Shown here: positions 57,183-63,760 of the stretch, piece by piece
How positions within the stretch are numbered: position 1 is the stretch's first letter
Layout of the letters: every line of letters begins with the position of its first letter
Source: a virus
Taxonomy: Duplodnaviria; Caudoviricetes
Strand: one strand, 5' to 3'
DNA length: 64,000 bases
IMG/VR virus record: IMGVR_UViG_3300006056_000001
Coordinates: 32,001-96,000 of that record
The notes under the pieces: generated by a model
The model's input: only the letters and a program-made list of their open reading frames with translations
The model's database searches: none
Told to the model about the DNA's origin: nothing
Program-made: the position numbers and the translations under genes

Positions 57183-57266
57183 GGGGTGGGTCATGGTGGC
57201 TAGTATTCACTAAATCGGCTTGTCCGACGTGATTACTATTGGGTTCGAGTCCCAGTCGCTCCACCA
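57183..57266 (+). ncRNA. tRNA-like RNA with Ala-type acceptor (G3.U70), no canonical D or anticodon arm
   Basis: GGGGTGG/TCGCTCC-A-CCA acceptor; TTGGG-TTCGAGT-CCCAG T arm; long interrupted middle helix. Confidence 0.6.
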
Positions 57267-57324
57267 GTGCTGCGTGTTGGCCCGGTTGCTAGGTACCGCC
57301 GAAAGGGAAACCTAGCATATTTAT

Positions 57325-57573
57325 ATGTCTAGACGTAAATGGCTATGTCTTGACTGCAATGTAGACACAGGCAAGATAGGTGAGCATTATATGCTCATTG
57401 ATTCTACCTGGGCTAAGATACACAATAGTAATAAAGGAATGTTGTGTATTGGCTGTGCAGAAAAAAGATTAGGCCGGCTGCTAACTATTTCTGATTTCAA
57501 TAATTCATATATTAATCGTATTAGCCCGGGTCAAACTAAGTCACAAAAGTTAATGGAGAGATTAAAGTGCTAA
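57325..57573 (+). CDS. Conserved phage Zn-binding hypothetical protein
   Basis: CLDC.VDT...EHYML..W...LCIGCAEKRLGR.L...DF. Confidence 0.7.
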   Translation: MSRRKWLCLDCNVDTGKIGEHYMLIDSTWAKIHNSNKGMLCIGCAEKRLGRLLTISDFNNSYINRISPGQTKSQKLMERLKC

Positions 57574-57706
57574 CATTCTTAATGTTCTACTTAACTGTCG
57601 GGACTAGTATTACAATACTTATTCACTATAATATGAAAATTTATATTCAACTAATGCCTATTGAGAAAGATATTATACCTTATGTATATCTTATTTCTTT
57701 CTTATT

Positions 57707-58144
57707 ATGGCCAATTCTTTTGTTTGCACTTTTGGAAGAATAAAAATGATCACAAGCGAACAAATCAATAAATATAATGAACTAAGAGAAGAAGCTACTA
57801 GAGAACTGCCATTAGATTATCTTGAGAAGATATGCACAGAAGCTAATAGGCTCGCTGCTGTAAATTATCAAGAAGATGTATTAAGAAATATGTCTGAATT
57901 AAAACCAGTAAATAAACAAGCTTATTTTACAATTGATAGACCAGGAAGGGAAATAGCAGGATTTTATTCTACTTATAAAGTAGAAACTATTCTTTATGAT
58001 AAACTTATTTATATTCTCTATGGTGAATACCAAAGAAATAGAACATATATTGAACTAGCTATAAAAATTGTTATGGAAGAACATGTTAAGCAAACTAATC
58101 TATTAAAAGATAACTTGAAGAGATATTGTAATTCACTAAAATAA
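57707..58144 (+). CDS. Hypothetical protein
   Basis: 145-aa ORF; start uncertain. Confidence 0.55.
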   Translation: MANSFVCTFGRIKMITSEQINKYNELREEATRELPLDYLEKICTEANRLAAVNYQEDVLRNMSELKPVNKQAYFTIDRPGREIAGFYSTYKVETILYDKLIYILYGEYQRNRTYIELAIKIVMEEHVKQTNLLKDNLKRYCNSLK

Positions 58145-58234
58145 CTATTGTTTCCTGTGTTCGTTCCGTTGTCTGAAAGAGATGAGCGAGTTGGATTCTA
58201 GAGTCTGACTAATCCCGCGTGCCGCGATATATAA

Positions 58235-58366
58235 CCTCTAATAGTTTAAGCAAAACCCCGGGCATAGTAGTGCTTGCTGAAAGTACTGGATAGTGGAATT
58301 ATCTGGTATAATTAGTGAGTTACGAAACGTCTGGAGATGTAGGTTCAAATCCTACTTAGGGATCCA
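58235..58366 (+). tRNA. tRNA-like gene with a 67-nt structured segment in place of the anticodon loop
   Basis: Acceptor CCTCTAA/TTAGGGA-T-CCA, D stem GTTT/AAAC, anticodon stem CCGGG/TCTGG, T arm GTAGG-TTCAAAT-CCTAC. Confidence 0.6.
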
Positions 58367-58377
58367 AAACCCCCCCA

Positions 58378-58695
58378 GTTAGGAGCAGAGCTAAGCTGCT
58401 GATTACAGTAAGGCTTGTTAAGTCTTCTAGCAAGACGTCTAATCAACGTTGATATACCGTAGCTTTGAAACTCCGGTAGTGGGATCTGGGTACATCGTGT
58501 GTACATTTCTTGGCTGTGGTGGTCGAGTGATGTTACACTTACTAGGAACACTGTGATCTTTTTGAATAATGCCTAGGAGGGGTAATACTCCAATGTTCAC
58601 GTAACATAAAGCAGAAAGAAAACGAAAAGAATATAGCTTCCTGTAGGACCGTGGGAAGTGCGAAAGATCTCATGAAAATGAGAACGGCCCTCCAT
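58378..58695 (+). ncRNA. Candidate large structured ncRNA
   Basis: Non-coding, GC-elevated; nested stems GAGCTA/TAGCTT, GGGATCT/AGATCTC, ATGTTAC/GTAACAT, CTTGGCT/GGTCGAG, GCTTCCT/GGGAAGT. Confidence 0.5.
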
Positions 58696-58704
58696 ATAAT
58701 AATT

Positions 58705-58971
58705 ATGACTCAAAAAGGACAACATCTTAAACACGGTGATTGGTGCTGTATTATACCAAAAGAAGTATCTTGGTTTACTAATGAGAAGAAAGGATATAGA
58801 GATAAAAGAATACCTAAGTTTGTTAGATGTCCTGAATGCAATCGTAGACTAAAGCCACATGTCTATGATTGTGAAGATTTTTATAGATATACAAAGCACG
58901 CATGTAATAAAGTTGACAAGGGCGGCGGTATTTGCTGTCATGTTTGTGTTCCTGCACACAAAAAGAAGTAA
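58705..58971 (+). CDS. Cys/His-rich hypothetical protein
   Basis: Start at ATG 58705 (MTQKGQH); CPEC and HKKK. Confidence 0.55.
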   Translation: MTQKGQHLKHGDWCCIIPKEVSWFTNEKKGYRDKRIPKFVRCPECNRRLKPHVYDCEDFYRYTKHACNKVDKGGGICCHVCVPAHKKK

Positions 58972-58974
58972 GTC

Positions 58975-59193
58975 ATGAGTACGGCTACACATCAAAATAT
59001 TAATTACTCTATTGAATTTTTTGTTTTGGTTACTATTCTTAGTATTAGACGTAAACAATTAAGATTAAAGAAATACATAGATTATCTTACTTATCCTATT
59101 GAAAAACATGGTATTGATTGTATGTGTCCAAATTGTGATATTCATATTGATACACTTGTACGTTATTACAATACTTGGGCAAGAATCAAATAA
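58975..59193 (+). CDS. Hypothetical protein
   Basis: 72 aa; H..DCMCPNC. Confidence 0.5.
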   Translation: MSTATHQNINYSIEFFVLVTILSIRRKQLRLKKYIDYLTYPIEKHGIDCMCPNCDIHIDTLVRYYNTWARIK

Positions 59194-59217
59194 AACTCAT
59201 TTCCTTTGGAGGAACTT

Positions 59218-59433
59218 ATGTTCAACGAAAATCTTTCCCCCGCTATGCAAGCTTCAATTTCTCGTACTCTTATTCAAATCAACGAGAATCCAAGCTGTAA
59301 GGCAGCGGCAGTTAAGGGACATATTCCTCTTCAACAGAAGTCTCTTGTTCTAGTCATGATGACTCCAGAAGTCTATGAACAGTTCAAGAATATGATGGAA
59401 CAAGAGCACATCACTTTTCACGCCTATATGTAG
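59218..59433 (+). CDS. Hypothetical protein
   Basis: GGAGG RBS before ATG 59218. Confidence 0.6.
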   Translation: MFNENLSPAMQASISRTLIQINENPSCKAAAVKGHIPLQQKSLVLVMMTPEVYEQFKNMMEQEHITFHAYM

Positions 59434-59440
59434 GGTAACT

Positions 59441-59575
59441 ATGCCTTTCTTTCTAACTCCTCAATACTGTGATTTCTGTGGGTCCGCCCACTATTTCCTC
59501 ACAGAACTGTTGGATGGAAACATGGTGTGTGATCTATGCTTATCAGACGTAATGTCTGAAGAATCTTACGAATAA
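59441..59575 (+). CDS. Small Zn-finger peptide
   Basis: 44 aa; CDFC...CDLC (below the ORF-track cutoff). Confidence 0.5.
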   Translation: MPFFLTPQYCDFCGSAHYFLTELLDGNMVCDLCLSDVMSEESYE

Positions 59576-59580
59576 TACAA

Positions 59581-59793
59581 ATGAAAATTGTAAAAAGAGG
59601 TATTCCTAAATCATCTACAGTTTGGAGCGGTGATTGTAAAAATTGTGATAGTGTTATTGAAGCTCTAGAATCTGAACTACCTTATATAGAGCACGATCAA
59701 AGAGAAAATTCTAGATTTTCTAGAATGGTTTGTCCTGTATGTTATAATTCTTTTATTTTATATCCAACTTCTCAAAGAAGAGAGAAACTATGA
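59581..59793 (+). CDS. Small Zn-ribbon protein
   Basis: MKIVKRG.P...CKNC...CPVC. Confidence 0.65.
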   Translation: MKIVKRGIPKSSTVWSGDCKNCDSVIEALESELPYIEHDQRENSRFSRMVCPVCYNSFILYPTSQRREKL

Positions 59794-59969
59794 AGCACAG
59801 ACCTAATCACAAAGATGGCTGTGATGGATCAAATTTCTATTACAGTGGAGATGGATATAATCGTGTCAAAGTTTGTATCTGTGGAGCAGAAGATCACGCT
59901 CCCACTGAAGAATCTATCAAGAAATTAATGAAAATTACTGAAGAGATTATTGATAAATTAGATAGCTGA
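59790..59969 (+). CDS. Hypothetical protein
   Basis: 59 aa MKHRPNHKDGC...; ATGA-coupled. Confidence 0.5.
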   Translation: MKHRPNHKDGCDGSNFYYSGDGYNRVKVCICGAEDHAPTEESIKKLMKITEEIIDKLDS

Positions 59970-60116
59970 AGACTTAGTCCCTACATGGCTTTCTTATACC
60001 TCGGGTGCTGGTAAGAAAGTTACATATCTATATCAGTGGCATGTTGCTTACTGAATAGAGCTTGGGGCTAAGCCTTGAGTTATTTAAATCTTTTTTGTTT
60101 CCATTGTTCGGTTTGT

Positions 60117-60230
60117 GATTAGTTGCTTGAAGTCCAGTGCCTAGTCAGCGCAATGCATGGTGTGCTGCCTCCTCTACTCACGTTCTCCTTCCGTGGGTAT
60201 TACTAGGCATTGGACTTGAAGTAACTAGTC
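60117..60230 (+). ncRNA. Candidate sRNA: ~29-bp closing stem, two inner hairpins, exposed anti-SD motifs
   Basis: Arms 60117-60145 / 60202-60230 pair with G.U wobbles; CCTCCT at 60168 and CTCCTT at 60185 are unpaired. Confidence 0.65.
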
Positions 60231-60338
60231 TTCTGAAATCTATCTTGTAGTTCCATCGGTGAGTTAGGTGCCCGTGGATCTTGGGTAGAACTAACTCAAC
60301 TAAGTAAAGTAAAACTTTACAAGAGATATCGGTGATAC

Positions 60339-60593
60339 ATGGAAAAAGTAAAACACGGTTGGTATTCTGAAAAGCAAGCCGCTATTGCTGGTACTCATGT
60401 ATATTCAACTGATACTTGCGAGGTACATGTTTCAACTATCTCAGAAAGTGATACCGATTCAGGTAGCAAGTTTGACGATATGAAGTACGTAGGTATCGTC
60501 AAAAATTGGCTGCGAGAGGGTATTCCTCGTGGTATGGGTCAAAAGTCATTTGACGACCTAAAGAAAACCATGAAGGGTCTCTTAGGTCCCTAA
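60339..60593 (+). CDS. Hypothetical protein
   Basis: 84-aa ORF between two structured RNAs. Confidence 0.6.
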   Translation: MEKVKHGWYSEKQAAIAGTHVYSTDTCEVHVSTISESDTDSGSKFDDMKYVGIVKNWLREGIPRGMGQKSFDDLKKTMKGLLGP

Positions 60594-60601
60594 CCGAACA
60601 C

Positions 60602-60710
60602 CAAGAACAAGTTGTTGGACAGACGCCCTGTGGTATGCATGTGACCGCATGTATGCTTCTTCCCCTCCTTCCCACTGTCTGACGTAAAAGGCTTGACCGA
60701 GCCTTTCTTG
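60602..60710 (+). ncRNA. Candidate sRNA with exposed CCCUCCUU
   Basis: Stems GTTGGACAG/CTGTCTGAC, GTATGCATGT/GCATGTATGC, AAAGGCTT/GAGCCTTT, CAAGAA/TTCTTG. Confidence 0.55.
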
Positions 60711-60732
60711 ATCTTCCTTCCTAAATAATAAA

Positions 60733-60909
60733 ATGAAGATTGCTGCTGTAATCTTAATTACTTTTATTTGGAGCTTTATTATTGGACCTATATCCTTAGC
60801 TCCACTTAATAGAGAACAGTTAACTTATCTACAAACTGTTTTTATTAGCTTTTTGTTTGGTATTGTTGTAGTAGCATTCCTTTGGTCAATTTATATTTTA
60901 CTTAACTAA
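60733..60909 (+). CDS. Small two-TM membrane protein
   Basis: 58 aa MKIAAVILITFIWSFII...; TAATG-coupled to the next gene. Confidence 0.55.
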   Translation: MKIAAVILITFIWSFIIGPISLAPLNREQLTYLQTVFISFLFGIVVVAFLWSIYILLN

Positions 60910-61115
60910 TGGGCTTTCTAATTTTCTGGTGTTTACTTTCGTTATTGCCTGCTATTGCAGCAGTTAAAGCAGATTGTGAAAGAGGTGTATCTTTTATAAT
61001 ACTAATCTTAAGCTTCGTGCTTACGTTCATAACGTGGCCTTTATTTTTATATCTATTTTTCTATTATTGTTTTGCTGAACATCAATACTTATTTAAAAAG
61101 TATTATCCAGAATAG
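60909..61115 (+). CDS. Small two-TM membrane protein
   Basis: 68 aa, hydrophobic. Confidence 0.55.
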   Translation: MGFLIFWCLLSLLPAIAAVKADCERGVSFIILILSFVLTFITWPLFLYLFFYYCFAEHQYLFKKYYPE

Positions 61116-61431
61116 TGGATCTGGCCACTTAAAATAGGCTAATAAGCCAGAAGCGTTGTCAGATAGTTGACAGGAAGCGACTCCAAATCCTAGATGGATG
61201 TCTAGACATCTAAGTGCAGGCTGGTCTGGGATGTCGTTTGTAATTACTGTAGGTGGAGAAATCTGCCGAACAAGTGTACAAATCCTACGCTTACAGTTCG
61301 CGTTAGGCCGGGTCAATTTGTGAACTATTGATCTGGTCTTTAAGAGATATTCCCTCTTTAACCTGCTTGGGATAGGTTAATTCCCACGATAGCAGGACCT
61401 AGGGAAGATAGAACGACTGTCCTTTTTCTTT
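61116..61431 (+). ncRNA. Candidate ~300-nt multi-stem ncRNA
   Basis: Closing GATCTGGCC/GGCCGGGTC; inner stems GGCT/AGCC, TGTCA/TGACA, TAGATG/CATCTA, GTAGG/CCTAC, GGTGGA-GAAA-TCTGCC; 3' CCTGCT/AGCAGG. Confidence 0.55.
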
Positions 61432-61513
61432 AACAAAAATAATAAAATAATGATTTACCTAATAGCAGCAATAATTGTGTTATACTATGTAAATAGACAA
61501 GATAGAAATAAAG

Positions 61514-61792
61514 ATGGATGATCCAATAGAATTAGAACTTATTAAAAGAACAAAGATTGAGCTATTAACTGAATTATTAGAAGAATTATATAAACCAAAA
61601 ACTTATGCTATTGATGATAATATAAATCAAGAAGATTATAAAAAAGGAGTTATTACTCAAAAAATATATACATCAGGAAATATAAAATACCATCTTAACC
61701 AATTACTTACTAATACACAAGTAGAACATATTTCTTTAACACTTCAAGAAAAATATCCTAATTCCCCATTAACTCAGTTTAATAAGAAATAG
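61514..61792 (+). CDS. Hypothetical protein
   Basis: 92-aa AT-rich ORF. Confidence 0.5.
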   Translation: MDDPIELELIKRTKIELLTELLEELYKPKTYAIDDNINQEDYKKGVITQKIYTSGNIKYHLNQLLTNTQVEHISLTLQEKYPNSPLTQFNKK

Positions 61793-61806
61793 AGATAATT
61801 TTCTTT

Positions 61807-62265
61807 ATGGCTTTTAGATCTATGCAAAGAGATTTTGAATTCTCCAACTTTGATAAATTGGACATCCCTATACTATACCAAGGGATTATTTTTCATACTG
61901 TAGAGAATTTCTATCAGGCTATGAAGAATAAAGATATTGATTATAGAATAGAATGTTCTAAAGTTCATCCGGCCCAAAGCAAGAAGCTTGGTAAGACCGT
62001 AGAACTTAGAGAAGACTGGGATCAAGTAAAAGACGACGTAATGCTTTACGCTTTACGTAAGAAATTTGCTAATGTCCCTTGGAAACAAAGACTATTAGAC
62101 TACAATAAACCTATTGTAGAATATAACTATTGGCATGACAACTATTGGGGCCATTGTCTTTGTGACAATTGCACTAGTAAACAACATATTAATAAGCTAG
62201 GACAGCTTTTAAATCAAGTCAAACAAGAACTTGAAAATGAGATAAAGAATGGAAGCAACACCTGA
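61807..62265 (+). CDS. NADAR family (YbiA-like) protein
   Basis: FSNF, TVENFYQAMK, KKLGK.V.LREDWDQVK..VM..ALRKKF, WHDNYWG, NKLG.LL. Confidence 0.9.
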   Translation: MAFRSMQRDFEFSNFDKLDIPILYQGIIFHTVENFYQAMKNKDIDYRIECSKVHPAQSKKLGKTVELREDWDQVKDDVMLYALRKKFANVPWKQRLLDYNKPIVEYNYWHDNYWGHCLCDNCTSKQHINKLGQLLNQVKQELENEIKNGSNT

Positions 62266-62419
62266 ATTTAAATTACAACCATCAAATAACACCAATATCG
62301 GCGACGATATTTTTCAACAAATTGTTACTATTATTAAGGCAAAGATTAACAAAGCAGTATGGTATGTATTATTCCCGATTTTCCTTTTTGGATTTTTTGC
62401 AGGAGCTTGGATTTTCTGA
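62249..62419 (+). CDS. Small C-terminal TM protein
   Basis: 56 aa MEATPEF...WYVLFPIFLFGFFAGAWIF. Confidence 0.45.
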   Translation: MEATPEFKLQPSNNTNIGDDIFQQIVTIIKAKINKAVWYVLFPIFLFGFFAGAWIF

Positions 62420-62586
62420 TGACTCACGTAGAAGAGCCTACTACCCCTAGGGGCCAACGATCTATTGTTTCTACTTCCAATACTATTACTTGGAAGCATG
62501 GCAGCGCCAATCGTTGCAAACATTGTGGAAAGAGAATTAGAAGTGAGAATCACGAGAAAGGATCCCACCACAATAACAAGAAGTAA
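62419..62586 (+). CDS. Small basic Zn-binding protein
   Basis: TGATG-coupled start; CKHC...H...HH. Confidence 0.5.
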   Translation: MTHVEEPTTPRGQRSIVSTSNTITWKHGSANRCKHCGKRIRSENHEKGSHHNNKK

Positions 62587-62599
62587 TTACTAGTATATT

Positions 62600-62911
62600 A
62601 TGAAAAATATTGATAACTCTATTCTTCTTCCTTCTTTAGATATTATAGATAATCAGATTACTATAAAATACAAAGAAGAATCTGTATATTATATTAAAAA
62701 TGTAAGAATAAATCATTTTTTAAGATGTATCCATTGCACAAATACACTATTTAACTCTTTTAAATTCTCTATTTCACATAATGTTTTAATGGCTGTGTAT
62801 TGTACTCAATGTAAACTAATTAAACATGTTTACATTCCTACAATAAAAGATCATTTTCTTCCGCCCCATACTTTATTTATATTTGAAAGTAAAGTTTTAG
62901 AGTTTACTTAA
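62600..62911 (+). CDS. CxxC-CYxC family member 12 (divergent)
   Basis: CIHCTNTLF...YCTQC. Confidence 0.55.
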   Translation: MKNIDNSILLPSLDIIDNQITIKYKEESVYYIKNVRINHFLRCIHCTNTLFNSFKFSISHNVLMAVYCTQCKLIKHVYIPTIKDHFLPPHTLFIFESKVLEFT

Positions 62912-62912
62912 C

Positions 62913-63224
62913 ATGAGTCCAGTACTAAAAGTAATTAAGTATGGAGAATTTACAAATGATATTCTATTTATTCCTTTTAGACAAAAATCTATGGAAGATC
63001 CTAGATACTTTAAATGTGCATTTTGTAGTCAAGATATATTTTATTTTTTTAGAGATCATTTAACTAATAAATTAACTACTAACTGTTATTTTTGTGATTA
63101 TAACTTTTTATGTGTAGATCCATTAGAATCTATTACTATTAGTTTATCGAAAGATATAAATTCACGAATACATGAAGTATGTAATACATTATACTTGTAT
63201 CTATTAAAACATATACAAATATGA
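62913..63224 (+). CDS. CxxC-CYxC family member 13
   Basis: CAFCSQDIF...CYFC...HIQI. Confidence 0.65.
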   Translation: MSPVLKVIKYGEFTNDILFIPFRQKSMEDPRYFKCAFCSQDIFYFFRDHLTNKLTTNCYFCDYNFLCVDPLESITISLSKDINSRIHEVCNTLYLYLLKHIQI

Positions 63225-63502
63225 AAATATTAAGTAAAAATAAATTTATTAAGATAAAAACTATCTATAATGAAAATACTATTCTTCTTTCTAATGAATG
63301 TTTTGAAATGCATATTGAAGTTTTTGGTTCTTATTATTGTGCTATATGTAAATCACTTATTTTTCACAAAGCTGTTGTAGAACAGATTGGCAATCGAAAT
63401 GTTATTCATAATATGAATTGTTATATATGTAAGACTCAAGTAAATACATATATGTATATAGATGGTGTTAGATTTAAGATACACAAAACTATATCTATAT
63501 GA
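63221..63502 (+). CDS. CxxC-CYxC family member 14
   Basis: CAICKSLIF...CYIC...KTISI. Confidence 0.65.
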   Translation: MKILSKNKFIKIKTIYNENTILLSNECFEMHIEVFGSYYCAICKSLIFHKAVVEQIGNRNVIHNMNCYICKTQVNTYMYIDGVRFKIHKTISI

Positions 63503-63738
63503 TATATAAAATATGTGCTAAATACTCTTATGTTAGTCCACCAATTTATCTAAAATGTAATAGATGTAGTAAAAATATATTTATAAATTTAAATTTTAAA
63601 GATTGTAATTCTGTATTTGAACGTAAAGCTGTTACAGTTCTAACTACTTATACATGTTATTTTTGTCATCATTTACATACTACAGGTTTAAGTCTAACAT
63701 ACTTAACCTTAGATTGTCTTAAATATATATCAATTTAA
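63499..63738 (+). CDS. CxxC-CYxC family member 15
   Basis: CNRCSKNIF...CYFC...YISI. Confidence 0.65.
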   Translation: MIYKICAKYSYVSPPIYLKCNRCSKNIFINLNFKDCNSVFERKAVTVLTTYTCYFCHHLHTTGLSLTYLTLDCLKYISI

Positions 63739-63760
63739 TTAAATACTCTTTGCTGCCTAT

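Noticed and set aside
47035-57264. Minus-strand ORFs in GC-rich genes (e.g. 48703-49437, 55914-56405)
   Set aside because: Expected antisense open frames caused by strong codon bias of the plus-strand genes.
60117-60230. Retron msr-msd or MITE suggested by the long inverted repeat
   Set aside because: No adjacent RT or transposase and no target-site duplication seen; G.U-biased arms fit an RNA stem.
58378-61431. RNase P RNA, full-length tmRNA, group I intron or hammerhead ribozyme
   Set aside because: Could not find the RNase P GAGGAAAGUCC motif, a tag reading frame between tmRNA ends, group I P7 elements, or a complete CUGANGA...GAAA core.
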